Shown: positions 1 through 14,000, counted from the first letter of the whole stretch. The stretch is 63,981 nucleotides of DNA, filler included, from Piptocephalis cylindrospora (GCA_003614145.1; 3 parts of 3 records of this genome joined end to end with filler, not necessarily neighbours in it); one strand, 5' to 3'. Translations and numbers: made by a program. The notes: generated from the sequence alone by a model not told the origin.

Positions 1-23
1 TAGGAAGGAGACGTCTTCGTGGA

Positions 24-2137
24 TCATCTCCTTCCAAATCATCCTCCCAATCCGAATCAAAATCCGAATCCGAATCTGAATCATCTAGCCTCCTTCCCCT
101 CATTCTTCCCGAACGAGCACCACGACCAGGACGACATCCGGAGGTGGAACACCCAAGGTCCCAGGAGAGGATAAGGAGAAAGAGACCTAGAAAGACCCAT
201 TGGGCATAATAGTACAAGGCCCCAAAGTACCGGGTGCCAACGAGGATCTTGTTCAGTAGGGTGGATAAAACCGTTGCTGTACACAACTCCTGTGGGGCTG
301 TGACATCACAGGCCAATATTTGATCAGTATGGTTGGAGCAGTCTCTTATCCCTTCATCAGATATATGATTACACTGGGAGATGAAAAGGAGAAAGGGGAT
401 GAGTTCAGAGGGTATATGGCCACTCTTCTAGCTGGATGCAAAAAAGTCTTACCCATCGTTGAGCACCAAATTGAGCGTACTGGGGAGCCACGGTCATGGT
501 AACAGTGTAGTTTAGGGCAAGGAGAGAAAGCATGAGGAGGATGACGGCTAATAATAGGGCCTGGGGGGCAGTACGACGTGGACGGATGCGGTAGAGATTG
601 ATCCAAAAGATGCGGATACCCACGCGTACAAGACCAACAACGGTAGCGGTGAAAAAGTACAGGATAATGAGGACGATGAAGATATAATCCAGGGGAAAGT
701 GGTGCTCTAGTCTTAGGAGTATCAGATTGACAGGGTTGTAGGCGTCCGGGTGATCGATGATGTATCCACAGTCACTTCCGCAAATAGATGTCCTGACCTT
801 TTCGACCCTATGATATAATAGGGAGGAGGAGAACGGTCAGCTGGATCAACTCTCCCTATATCCTTATTCCTTTTCGCGTGGCCAACATACAGGGTAAGAA
901 ACATAGATAGGGCCAATGCAATGGAGACGATGAGAAGGAAGATGCCAAAGGTCATGGAGATGGGTCTCCATACCCCGAGAAAGAGTCGAGACCACCAGGC
1001 GCGTGAGGCATGGATAGCTTGGTGGAGACGACGCTCATGTTCGTCCACTTCCTGATCCAACATGATCAACTCCTGGGCATCCCGACTGGACATGGGTCGA
1101 AGTACATCCACATCCATAACCCCATATCGTCGTAGGATCCGTTCGCGTCTTTCCCGACACCGTTGAATGGCCTCTCTTCCCTCGTAAACCCTGGGGTCAC
1201 CACCTCGAGACCGACCATCCCGACCCCTTCCCATCCTCCCAACAATCCTTTTACCCTTTCCACGCATGAGGATAATAGGTAAGATGGATAGGCCAGTGGC
1301 AGTGTAGCAGATGATACTACCACAACCTGCAAGGATGAGGATGGCCGTAGTGAAGAGCAGTCCATGCTCGACCCCACTACCGGAGAAGAGCTGCCGGAAC
1401 CACTCGGGATCTGGCGTCTCTGGTTCCTCGTACCTTCGCTTCAGAGAGAGCCCAGAAAAAAGGAGTATGACACCAATGACAAAGGTGAATATGGTATACT
1501 TTGCCGCACCGCAAGATCTCTACACGTGATGATAAAGGAAAGGTAAATCAGGTGGTGAGGAAAGATCATGGATCGGAGGAAGGAACTTCGCTCACCTGAC
1601 GAATGGTCTCGTCAATTTCCAACTCCTCAAAGTAAAAGTAAGAGAATGGGATAATGAGGAAGCAGACAATCGCAATGCAAATAAAGAGGACTATGTAGAA
1701 GGGATCAATGATATGAGTATGAATAGAGATCAATCAACATCATCTCTTCAACAAGAGAGCTGTACCATAATAAGTCAACTTGACTGAACTAATGACATTT
1801 TCAATGTAATCCTGGGTGGCCCACCCATGTTTTAGTCCAGTATCCAGATCCATGGTGGTGGATACGAGGAAGATGTCCAAAGGGCCCAAGGCGAGGACAC
1901 ATAGGCACAGGGTTAATCCGATGATGGAGACGGCCGTGACAAGGGGTTCTGACTCGCGGTGGTCCTGGTAGTATTTGGTGAATAGCGTGGAAACCAGGAC
2001 AAGGAGCTAGATTGAAGAGTGGGGATAGCGTTAGGCATACAAAAACGATTTATGGGACATGATGCACTGGGAGAACCGCTTACCAAGATCAGTAAGATAA
2101 AAGAGATGCATCCCTCAAGGAGGTCCCATGTGAGCAT
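24..2137 (-). CDS. LMBRD1: LMBR1-domain lysosomal/vacuolar cobalamin transport escort protein (multi-exon)
   Basis: Spliced translation gives MLTWDLLEGCISFILLIL/LLVLVSTLFTKYYQDHRESEPLVT...LALGPLDIFLVS..., CGSDCGYIIDHP, FPLDYIF, GIRIFWINLYRIRPRRTAPQALL, TMTVAPQYAQFGAQ. Many TM segments, GT-AG introns, stop TGA at 24-26. Confidence 0.85.
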
Positions 2138-3774
2138 GATCAGGGAGTAGGTGCTTGTGATGTACAGGTGGTTTCGGGTGAGAATCGGTACCGGGGAGGG
2201 GAGAGGAGAGAAAGGTTGATGGGATGTCGATAGTAAAGAACGAACAGAAAGAGAGAGAGAGAGAGAACGGAAAGGGGATGTGAGCAGAAGGAAGGAAGAG
2301 GAAGATGATGAGAGATAGGACAGGGTGAAATGGAGAGAGGCAGGATCAGTCCTCCCTCATCATCGTCCATACCATTACAGTCCCGTCACCCAGATGCACG
2401 TCGCCTGCTTGTCACTGACCCCGTCTCCTCACACTTGACCCCAAATCAAGGTCATGACACCCTTGGGGATTGTGAACCCGTTGTGAGCCCTCCCATTTAT
2501 ACTTGACCCACTGAATGCCGAAGGGAGATGGGCGGGGTTAGGAGCCCCTGATGACATTCCATCTCTGGTCAGGCGAGGAAACCTCTACCACACATACCCG
2601 TCTTGAGGTTTTGGGAGGACACATTGAGATGTGCACACAGAAATACTCGCGTATGTCTCCTATAGTTCATGCCAGTTTGTTTGACTGTGATGATTGACGA
2701 TGATGGTGTTGACACTCTTGCAATAGGGGCTTACTATCTTTTCCGCCTCGGAATTGGGATCACAAACAAACTACAGGCCGATAGGATGACCCTTAGGACC
2801 CTTGATGCTGATGGCCTGATCTCTCCATTCCCGCTGAATTCCCTAGAGATGGTATGAACACCCTTTATAGTATCGCACACGCACGACTCCTAATAATTGT
2901 AATCATCATGGTCCCACGATTAATCAGATCGCACCTAGTACCATCCATGCTAAAGCTGGAAACGGTGACCAGATGGTCGTCCAATTTTACTGAGTATAGA
3001 TCAATCCCCGAGTCAATGACGTAGACACTCATTCCGCTCCCTGCACGCTTCTGGGATCAGGTATGCCGCATTGGTCATCCAAAGGAAGAGGCTCATTCAC
3101 CCAAGTGTTTAGGGGGATCAGATTTCCAGGTTACCTTGGATTTGATACTCAATAGCCCCATTGTGCAGTACAATCTGACCCAATAACATAGGGGCATGAG
3201 AGTCTATCCTTTGTGCCCTAAATGTACGTTTTCGTATCCAGGGAACTTTGGCCAGTCCTTTCCTTCGAAAACTACATCTTTTTAAAACTTTTGTGCCACC
3301 GTGACTGCACACAGGCTACAGTTTATCAAGTCATCATCTCTCACAGACAAAATGGACTCCGCTAGTACAGCACAAGGCTGACTCAGCAACTCCCATAAAC
3401 AGTGTTGACCCGCGCTCTTCAATCTTTGAACGAGTAGACCGATTTGACGTCCCCAGGAGACAGATACAGGGCTGATCGGCCTAGCAAAAAAGGATGATTA
3501 GGAGCACCACACCGCCACTTCTTTCAACCAAACCACGCCTTCACACGAAAAAAGGCGCGATCAATGGTGGAGAGGCAATCACAAGCATAGCAAGCACGAA
3601 CAGGAGGAGGACCAAGGCCAAATGCTGACTAAACCCACCAGTTCATCCCCATTCTCCATATATCCTTTCCTGAGACGCATAGGCTGATTACGCTGATTAA
3701 GCCAAGAGAAGATGAGAGCACTATAACCTCTTTGAAGCCTCGTCATTTCATGAATATATCATCTCGTGTTGGGC

Positions 3775-3783
3775 TATAAAAAG
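3775..3783 (+). promoter_or_regulatory. Putative TATA box of the ABCG gene
   Basis: TATAAAAAG about 100 nt upstream of the ATG at 3881. Confidence 0.45.
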
Positions 3784-3880
3784 AGACTTGAGGTTCTCAT
3801 ATTATCCCCCTATCCAGCATCCACCTCCATACATTCCATTATACCACTCGATCACCCAACCACCCAATCTTCCCCCCATC

Positions 3881-6022
3881 ATGACAGCTTCATCAACTTG
3901 CACAACCATGGATATTACCCTCCCAATGGGTACCTCCCTCCCCGAGGGAGCCAAGCCACTGTCGATAGCTCAACAGATGGGAATATCCTTCCGTGATCTC
4001 TCTTACTGGGTTCCGCTCCCCGGAAAAGGAAACAGGGAAAAGCAAATTCTTAAAAATATCACCGGTGCTCTTCGTCCCGGACGTTTCACCGTCATCATGG
4101 GGGCCTCGGGAGCAGGAAAGACCAGCTTCCTCAACCTTATTTCCGGAGAAGCCCGTCTCGGAGGCACAAGTGGACAAGTCCTCATTAACGGGAAAGAGGT
4201 TAGGGGAAAGGAGGTGAGGGAACTCACTGGTTTTGTACAGCAGGATGACCTGATTATGGACACCATGACCGTCCGGGAGGCGGTTACCATGAGTGCCCTT
4301 CTCCGCATTCCCCCATCCGTCTCTCGTGAGGAGAAGCTCCAGAAAGTCGATGAAATCCTCGACCTGATGCAATTAACCAAGGCCGCCGATACCATCATTG
4401 GAAGCGCCCAGGTTAAGGGAGTCAGTGGAGGGGAGAGGAAACGTACCAGTATTTCTATGGAGCTGTAAGTACCCTCTGTCCCCTCTCCTCTACCCCTTCC
4501 TCACCACTCATGATCTCTCCTACAGAGTCTCCAATCCTTCCATCCTCTTCTTGGACGAGCCTACTTCGGGCCTCGACACCTACACAGCCTACTCGGTCTG
4601 CAAGTTCCTCAAGGAGCTGGCGTCTTCAGGTCGCACGATCGTCGCCACGCTACATCAGCCCTCGTCGGAGATTTTTGACCTGATCGACGACGTCGTCCTC
4701 CTGGCCAATGGGGAGATCATGTATGCAGGACCTGCCGATCAAGTTGTCCCATACTTTGGAGCTCATGGATATCCGTGCCCCGACTATGTCAATCCGGCGG
4801 ACTTTTTGTTCATGAACGTCTTGAACCAAGCTACGGCCAGTATTTCCTCCACTCCAGATGGTCCCTTGGAATGGAGGTCAACTGGACATGATTCAATCAT
4901 TGAACCCTGGAGTGGAACCAGTATGGAAAAGGGACAGGCTCCCCTCTCACGTCGACTCAACGCCCCAAGGGATCCTCGGGACATCCAACGTCTTTTACAA
5001 GCATGGAAAGAATCTGAGCTAGGTACGGCCCTTGATGCCACCGCCCGTTCAGTCCCCAAGGAAGGCAACGTCGGATACGACAAGGCCCATCGAAAATATC
5101 ATTCGAGTTTCTTTACTCAACTCCCCCTATTGGTTCGCCGAGGATGGAAAAATTCTTGGAGGAACAAGATGATCATCCAGATGAAGTTGGTAGAGCTGAT
5201 CTTTTTAGCCTTTTTTATTGATTCCATCTTTTGGAAGATTGGTGAAAAGGGCCTTAGTTCACAGGTTCAGGTAGGTATGCTTGGTTATCCTCTTCGTACT
5301 CCCTTCTCACTCACCTTTCAAAATTCCCTTTATCCTTGCAGAGTCGCCGTGGGTTACTCTTTTTCCTGGTTGTCAACCAAACCTTTAGTAATGCCACGGG
5401 AAACCTTATGACCTTCTACAATGATCGATTCGTTTTTGAACGTGAGCACCGAGCGGGGATGTACTCTCTTCCCGCCTACTTTACCTCCAAGGCTCTAGTG
5501 GAAATTCCCTTCTTCATCCTCCTCCCCCTGCTCATGGTCATATTCACCTATTTTGCCGCGGGTCTCCAAGTGGATGCGGGGAAATTCTTCATTTGTGCGG
5601 TGACCATCGTACTCGCGGGTAATACTGGAGCAGCTATTGGTCTGTTTTCTGCGTGTACATTCAAGCGACCGGACATCTCCTTCATCTTTGTACCACTCCT
5701 CATGATTCCGCTCATGATGTTCTCGGGAATCTTCGTCAATTTGGATGAGATGCAAGGGTGGATCCGGTGGCTGCAATGGCTGTCTACCATGAAGTATGGC
5801 TACGTAGCTTTGGTAAAGAATGAGATGGATGGGTTGATCATTAATGGCCAATCTTCCGAGGAGATCCTCCGAGATCTGGGCCTTGCTGGGCAAGGATCCA
5901 TTGCTATAAACATTGTGGCCAGTTTGGGCTTTTGTCTTCTCCTTTGGATCGCGGCCTACCTGAGTTTGAGACGGACCATATCTGCGGCCCATGGTCAGTT
6001 GAAGGTCCGAAAGTCCCTTTGA
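3881..6022 (+). CDS. ABCG (White-like) half-size ABC transporter, NBD-TMD, 3 exons
   Basis: Walker A GASGAGKTS, signature VSGGERKR, Walker B LFLDEPTSGLD, H-loop TLHQP, C-terminal ABC2 membrane domain. Introns at about 4465-4524 and 5271-5342. Confidence 0.93.
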
Positions 6023-7033
6023 GCATGGGATATGGGGAAGCACGCAAGATGGGGATAATGAGAAGAGTAAGGTTACATTTTAAAATATACTTTCACCTCC
6101 CAGTTGAGGCTTTTAGACAAAAACCTCGGACTACTAGTAATACCCATATGTCCTTTTCAGCCATGATGATTGATTGTCACCCCAGTCGGAAGACATCATG
6201 TCGATAAACCTTATATATCCTTTTGACTTTTTCTGCAATTAGGCTACTCCATCTGAACTCCATTGAACATACCATTCAGTAGAATTTGATAACCCCGTTT
6301 ATCTCTTGTCGATAAAAGTATAAACCCATTGCATGGGCTGAGTAATATGTGATCATTGATGTTGAACAGAGGATGGGGTTCACACTCTAACAGAAAGCTT
6401 TAGTGCTTTATTGTGGATATTTCAAGCTTATTCAATATCAATTTTGTACACTTTTTATTCCTCTCTCTTAAATCCGCCCCTCCCATTCTGGTGCAGCTCA
6501 ATCTCTAGAATAACATGCTTCATTCAAGATATCTCGGACTTTTTCCACCCTCATACTTGATATTATCCCTGGAATCTCGCACGATCGTACATCAGTCCAC
6601 CATCCTGTGGGGCCCTGCTTGATCTGAGCATTACCGTCGTCCAATCCTCAAGCACTCCATCATCAAGTCGTTCTTTTCCCAGTTCGTTTCAGAGGACGAG
6701 CCTCCATTTACATATGACAGGTTATCTTAGGAGATTAGAAGGGGCCCGTCTGGTGAAAGCAACCGTACCAAGAAAGCCATTCGTCAAACACCCACCGCTC
6801 GCTCATAGCCATTGGAGATGCGGTACCCCATAGGAGGAAGGACATTTGCCTGAAATAAAGACCATCCCCCATAGATTATTCAGAATAATACACCAGATTT
6901 AAATTTTATGAGATCATGACACGATTCAGCAGCCTGGGCTATGTCATGAAAGGTATAGCTTGATAATGGAAAGAAAGAAACAGCATCAACTATCCTTGAA
7001 GCGCCAAAGACCTCTTTCATTCCTTCTCACTAG

Positions 7034-8954
7034 TTACTGCTGACCCCCAGATCTGGCTAGCCGTGCGGCCATAAATCTTGATACCTTCCGAGGCTTCACT
7101 TCGGCTTCTTCTTCCTCCTCCCCACCCTCGTCTTCCTCCGCCGTGGCTTCACTAGGCATCTTGTTCACAATAGACACATCCTGTGGAGTTGATAGGTCCT
7201 CCACCACATGAGTCCTGGCCAGTTGCCTGACCAAATCCTTTTCCATCCGTTGCTGTCTCTTAGTGTCAGCCTCCTCATCCTCCCGATATTTCCCCAGGTG
7301 GACAGATGGAATGGAATTTTTAGACTGAGGCGCACGGTTCGTCCCTCTGTCATACATGAAGTTCACATCATCCCGCTCTTGCCTTTCCTCCTCAGTTTCC
7401 CCAAATTCTAGAATGCTCTTTCGGACCCCGCCCTTCTGGAGAAGCCGAGAATTTCGTAACTCCTGGTATCTCCCCTCAACTTCACGTAGATGAAGATCAT
7501 CCTCCAGCCGGTCGACCTCATCTTCTGGATCATATATCAATCCTTTTTCCATCACGGATTCCATGACCAAGTTGGATGTTGGCTCTTTCTGGGACCTGCT
7601 TGGTGGAGAGGTGGAAGTGATCTGAGCTTCCTTGGTAAGGGGGGAGGAGGGTTTTAGACTACTCTTCAGGGACTTTTCCCGGGGAGCGGGAGGAGGAGCA
7701 CTATTGGAAACAGCCACAGTGGCCTTGGAAGGGGATATAGGAAGGGAGGAGGAGATTGAGTCATCCTGAAGCCCTGAGATAATCTGGCCAAAATGAACAC
7801 GTTTTCCCAAGGAAGAGGCGGCTGATTTGATGGAATCTCCAGATCCTTCCTGTCTCTCGGAATCCTCCTCATTGTATGACATTTCTTCCTCATCTGAACC
7901 ATACTCTCCTTCCTCCTCTTCCTCTTCCTCCATTCCCTCCAACTCTCTTTCTAGCTCCTCCATCCTACGAAGAATCTCCCGATCTTCTTCAGAGAGCTCG
8001 GGTATCCCTGATGGGGATTAGGCAAGGTGAGAAAGGGTGTTATTGCCGCACTTTCAAGTAGATGCATCAGGCATCGGGATGTAATGCACCTCTCCTTCCT
8101 ATGAATTGTCACTTACCGGGTTGAGTAGTAGAGGTGATGGCCGAAGGGGTAATAGAATGAATATCCTCCTCTGCCTTCTTTCCCTTTGTCTTTTCCTTCT
8201 CTTCATGCTCTTTTACTTCCTCTGCCTTTTGCTCCTCTTCATCTTCGGAATGGTACTCCTCGCGAATCTCTACAATCTCCAAGCCTTCCTCATTGTACCT
8301 CTTCTGGGAGGTAAGCCCTCCATCAAATAGCATAATGCTTCGACGGTCCTGAATCTCTTTAATTTGCTGCCCTTGATCCTGGATGATCTCGGCCAATTCT
8401 GACGGAGGAGGGAGATGGGTGAGTCTATTGGGGATGATCGGTGGGTCAGTCACGGAAAGCGCTCTTACCTTCCTTCCTACGCTTAGCCATCTTAATCGCC
8501 CCCCGAGGAGAGGTAGGAGTATACCACTGATCCCCTAGATGAGCCATGACCTCGTTGGTCTTGATGAGCTTCCCTGGCATAAAGGCCAATGGACCGAATG
8601 GAACCTTTAGGGAGTGGGAGCGTCAGGGAAAACATGATCCTATTGCCTCCCCCCTCCCCTCAGAGGTATTTCTGCCCTTACCATGACTTTACGATCCTGA
8701 TTGGTTTCGTGTTGACCAAGAACGTGGATCAGAGCATCATATGCCGTGTCCATCTCCTGTACCTTAGAGAGTCGTTCTGTCACAGAGGCCTCGGCCTGAT
8801 CAAGGACTTTTAGGACCTGCTTCACCACTCCCTCATCCAACCCATCCCCGTCTCCAAATGTACTTTCTGTCCGGGGTGCGTGAGGAGGGGCTGTGTTGCT
8901 GTTGCCCAAAGGGCCTGCAGAAGCTAGGCGACCAGGATGGGCTGGATTGGACAT
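7034..8954 (-). CDS. BUD27: Unconventional prefoldin RPB5 interactor (URI1/Bud27-like)
   Basis: Prefoldin-alpha hairpin KVM/VPFGPLAFMPGKLIKTNEVMAHLGDQWY, motif NEEGLEIVEIREE, acidic middle region, C-terminal URI box KVSRFMAAR. Confidence 0.85.
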
Positions 8955-10127
8955 GCTGATGCGGGATCGGATGCTTGGATAACGAAGATGCAATGGTTCA
9001 AGGATAACAACAGAGAGTAATGTTGTCCGGAAGGGAGCAGGAGGAGGAGGGGGGGAGGGACACGTGCGCCAGTTAGGCAGGCGGTAAAAGGGAAAGAAGA
9101 GAAAAGGAAGGAGTGGCTGACGTGAGCACCAGTAAGGCCGAGGATGATCCGCCAAAACAGAGTCAACCTCACACACCGCCAAGTATCCGAAGATACAAGG
9201 ACATGTCATGGCATACCACCCTACCTTTCCCTCAGTAGGTCTCACTTGACCCGTCCCTCTTTACCTTCACTACTTTACCACCCTACTACACACAGCACGA
9301 ATGGGTCATGCTGAGACATCAGTTCATCACACCACACACACACTCCCAAAAATAATACCTCATCGGAGTAGTAGTTTTTCCTGCAGAGAATGAAATGATC
9401 TCTGCTTAGGGCCCATCATCTGCTAAGAAGCATCTTGAGTGAGGCTTCATAAATGGAGGATCGACAAGATGGAACTGCAGATATGGCACCTTGACTAGGT
9501 AAATAAACCTAAAGATACAATACAACATACCGAGAAAAGAACCCTTGTGGTACGTGAAAGCGCCCCCACCACCTTCTACCCCCTTCATGTCAGTTACTCC
9601 AATTCAACCTCCGACTTGGTTGTCTCTGATTCCGTCTTCAATTCCACCTCCGCTCCCCATACACACTTGGCTAGAAACTTTTTAGCCAGCCATCCACACC
9701 GCCCCACATGCATATCACGCGGACTTGACCCAGCCCCACCTACTACAGCTGACTCGGATGGCCCTGAATACAGAGAGGGGGAAGGCAGGTGTGGGTGTGC
9801 GCTCAGGGACAACCCGCATGTCCCGGATAAATGATCCCCGAAGGCATGAATGACCTCCATCTGTCATCAACTATAAAGGAAATGGGATGGGTCATTGATG
9901 AAAAGCATCCTCCCCTGCCCCATCCACTCCTTCCCCCTTCCTTTCTTTGCTTCCTCTCGCCCCTGCTTGCATTCACTTTCTTACCCATTTAGCTCCTCCC
10001 CTGCCCTCACACATTTGTTTACCCGTTTTTTCTTCTTCCCCACGCACTCAATCAGTCCTCCCCATCCCCCCCTTCATCCTCCACCCCGTCAGCCCCTTTC
10101 TCAGTAACAACAACACCAGCTCGCAAA

Positions 10128-10784
10128 ATGGGATACGACGATCCGGATGTCTATCACCTTCGCATCGCCATCCTTACAGCCAAGGACCTTCCCCGGGTCA
10201 TCTACCAGGCTTTGATGGTAGAGTTGCAAGTTGGCTCTACCAAGGTCTTCACCATGCCCATCTCGGACTCGGGAAACCTAAAGTGGAATGAGCAATTTGA
10301 TTTCCCCCTTACCGAAAAGGATCATGTTCCTTCCATCCGATTCCGTCTATACGACCAAGACAAGCTCCGGAAACGAAGATATGGTGAATTGGACATTCCC
10401 ATCGAGAGCCTTTTCAGGTACTCTCCGGTGGGTGATGCTTGTGCTTATGATGATCCAGACAATGGTCCCGCGTGGTATGAGCTTTCCCCCTCCAAAATCG
10501 GCCAGGTCGTCTCTGGATCCCTGCAGCTCAAAATCGGCTTTATCCAACTTCCCCCCACCCATGCCCAGGAACAAGGGTGGGTAGAGGAGAAGCCGGAGCC
10601 ACTGGAGCGAACTGATTACATTCATATCTGGAGACGTCTCTCTGCTCGGCTAGGCCGGCCTAAAAAGACGTTTAGGGTCCATATGCGTCACTTTGGCCGG
10701 CAGTTAAAGCAGGCCTCCAAGGACATCTCGGCCGAGTTATCCGGCATCTTTCAATCCTGCCGACGCCCTTCGGCCACTGCTTAG
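10128..10784 (+). CDS. Stand-alone C2-domain protein
   Basis: Intronless 218-aa ORF with C2 beta-sandwich motifs: LRIAILTAKDLP, NLKWNEQFDFPL, IRFRLYDQDK, YGELDIPIESL, WYEL...SGSLQLKI. Confidence 0.75.
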   Translation: MGYDDPDVYHLRIAILTAKDLPRVIYQALMVELQVGSTKVFTMPISDSGNLKWNEQFDFPLTEKDHVPSIRFRLYDQDKLRKRRYGELDIPIESLFRYSPVGDACAYDDPDNGPAWYELSPSKIGQVVSGSLQLKIGFIQLPPTHAQEQGWVEEKPEPLERTDYIHIWRRLSARLGRPKKTFRVHMRHFGRQLKQASKDISAELSGIFQSCRRPSATA

Positions 10785-11009
10785 CAACAAAGATGAAATA
10801 CATCTTGAACGTAGTGTACGTTATCATTTCCCATTCATTCTTTCCTCGTGTTTCTTAGTGTAGATAGAGAAAAAGAGGGTAGAGGGTTCCCCTCTCCCCC
10901 CCTCCCTCCTCCCCCCATTCCTTAGTAATCCATCACAGCAAAGCTACTTGCTCATCCAATAGGTCAACGAACTGCGTAAAATGCCTCTCTTTCCCTCATC
11001 CAAGGGCCA

Positions 11010-14000
11010 TTAATGCATCTTTAGAAAGGGCCAAGAAAGTCGAATGGCCTTGTCCAGGGCTTCCCGGAAGGCGTCGAGAACATGGAGGGAGAAGGATCGA
11101 AAATAAGCAGGAGGACAAGCCGCTTCTACTCGGCCCAACGCCGTGAGAAGGTCCTTTTTCCCGGAGGAATCTGCAGGATACCCAAGGAGCTTCTCCTTGA
11201 ACTCCAGGTATGCCTCCTAGAAAAAGAATTTGGATAAGTGATCCTGTCCAGAGGAAGGGAAAATGTGAAAAGGTACCTACTGGTAATGTGAGCATACAGG
11301 CTAACAGTGTCTCAGTGGCCTCAGGAACTCTTTCACCCTGAAGGGCTCCGGTAAAGAATTGCTCCAGGAGCAATAATTCCACTTGACCCACAAACCCCCT
11401 GAGACATGGATCTTCTCCCCGGTCCATCATCGTCTTTCCCTGGACAGGACTCTGATCCCACGTGGCCAAAGATCCTCTCCAAGCCCCAATGATAGCTTGA
11501 ACGGCGAGGTAAGCAGCAATGGCCGGTCCTGGAAGAAGTTGCCGTAGACCCATCATCATGCATTCCAATATATCGTTCAACACCTCCTTGGAAGAGAGGT
11601 TTGGGAGGAGTTGACCTCCACTCACTAACTGGGAAAGCGTTTCCAGGATAAGGACGTGCAATTGCGGGTACTGCACCAAAGGAACAAGGTGGTGGTTTTT
11701 AGAAGAAGGGTAATCAGATGGGATGGGGTGCGATACATCCTTGAAGCGGAGATCAACTGCTTCGGGAAACCCCTTACCTGAAGAACATTGGCTTTCTTTA
11801 TCCCCTGAAGAATCAAAACCAGACCTTCTCGGATCACCCCAGCCATCTGATTGGACCGACGGGCCTCCTCCTCTGGATCCATATCTTAAGAGGGAGTGGA
11901 GAGGGTGAATGGACGGATCAACCAGACAATCCGTCTCTCTCATCTCCTTACAAAACTTTCTCCAAGAAGCGGCAGCACTCAAGAGTCGAAATGAGGCTTC
12001 CAAACGTGTGATTAGCCTTTCTTCCACCAACGATGCCATTTTCATGCCACCCACTTGTCCAGACGCGCTCTCCAGCCCGCCACTCCCTTGATATTTTTCC
12101 GATTCTAGGGAACAGAGAGTATCAGAGATGGAACTGCCCCCTACGCTACAAAACAAAGTCTCTTACCAGGACATTGGGCTAGGACCAAGGTTCTTTGTAT
12201 GATTCCCGAAATTGTCCCAACTTGATTATCTGACAATTCGGTAGGATCCTAAAAACACTCTCGCCCATGAAGAGGAGATGAGTCTTGATTTCAAGCGAAG
12301 TCTCTCAACACATCCTCCATCGATCAACCCACCATCCTCTCCAGGTAAAGACGCCAAAGGAGTAAAAGAGGAAGGAGTATGTCATCAGGTAAAACTACGG
12401 AGGAGGAGGACGCGGTCATAAACCAGGAGAGATTGGGTTGTAAAACCTGATGGATGAATATGGTGTTCATCCCATTGGCTGCCATGACTATCCCTTGCAC
12501 CATCTGACTCGAGGGAAGAAGTAGAAGATGAGTGTACAGGAAAAGAAATGGACCTACTCCCTTTTGCAAGGAGATGGTGTGAAAAAGGAGCTTACCAATA
12601 TGGCCAGAATAGGTTGAGGTGATTGTATGGTCTGTGTGGAAAGTCAATATCAGCCCTATGGTAGTGATAATAATAATAAAAAGGGCTAATCCATATCGGA
12701 CTAACCAAAAGAATGGAATGGAGCGACGAGATGAATTTTTCTTGCTCCTGCTTTGAGCTGTACGATGCCAATTGAGTAGTGATGGACAAAAGCGATCTAC
12801 AATCGGGAGGATTCATTAGATAGGGCATGATCATTAAACGAGTATGGGCCACTTCCTATTCAGATCCGCCTTACCTCAGAGCTCCCTCATCTCGAAGAAT
12901 ATGGACGTGACGAAGTAGTCGATATACCAAGGTTCCCTCATTTTCCAAGGAATATCCATTAGCTTCTGGAACAACAAAGGAAAAAGGGATAAAAGGATAT
13001 CAAGGTGAGTATGATGGCTAATCCAGCGCACTACACCCTCCTCTCTCCTACATGGTCCTTACCACGTCCAAGAGCAAGGAGAAAGGACCTTATAGATCTG
13101 GATCTAATCCAAGTTTCCAAACATCTGATGATCCCCTGAGAGATACCCACTTGTCTAGGCCCCTTCCATAGGCCCAGGTGCGTTTCCATAAAGGCCAGAG
13201 AGTGCTCAAAATATCTACTTGATCCTTCCCTCCCTTGGACATTTTCTCCTGACCAAGTCTTAATCAGCCTCCAGGGCCTATATGGATAGGGTAAGGAAGG
13301 GGATGAGATGAGATGAGATGAAAAGTCAGGAGAAATGGCGCACCATATCTCCTCCTAGAGGACATCTGAAAAGACGACATTTTCCTTCTTCCCTCCAAAG
13401 CTACACTCACTTGCTATCCGGGGAATAATCTGAAGGGTCGAGGAAGAGATAGGTTTTGGACCATCGATGAATCCACCACACCAAAGATTGTACCATCCTC
13501 GCCAGCTCCAGAGATTGCTGGTCTCTCGACAGAGAAACCACTTGATCCATCAAAGTAAATTGAATAAAGTGAGAGAGATGAATAACCGCCTCCTGAACCC
13601 TCTCCTCTTCCTCTTCCCCATCTCCATAGGTTCCTGAACCATACTGAGAATGGGGGAGAGATATATATCAGTACCATTCATCATACCCATCACCATTAAG
13701 CTCTCCTGAGCACATCTAACCTGGTGGTACAAGGGATAGGGAACAAGAGGTTGCTCATCATCCATATCATCCGTAAGAAAGTATCCGGTAAGGATTATTA
13801 GAGAGACCAGGCAATGAGAAGGGACCATGGATGATGAAGTATCATTGGGAAAGCCCACGCGTAGAAAAGATTGCTTCAGCCCTTCTAGGAAATGACCTGG
13901 CCGCGTTCTAGCAATGATTGCCAGGGCGCTCCATTCTCGCTGATGTTTCTCCTGATGGGAAGAGGGTAGATGAGGAAATGCCTTGTTGATTACATCCATC

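Noticed and set aside
6163..6256. ATGATGA...CTGA as a box C/D snoRNA
   Set aside because: No terminal stem or recognisable rRNA guide; such short motifs arise by chance.
6914..6949. 8-bp inverted repeat TCATGACA/TGTCATGA between convergent genes
   Set aside because: Too short to distinguish from chance.
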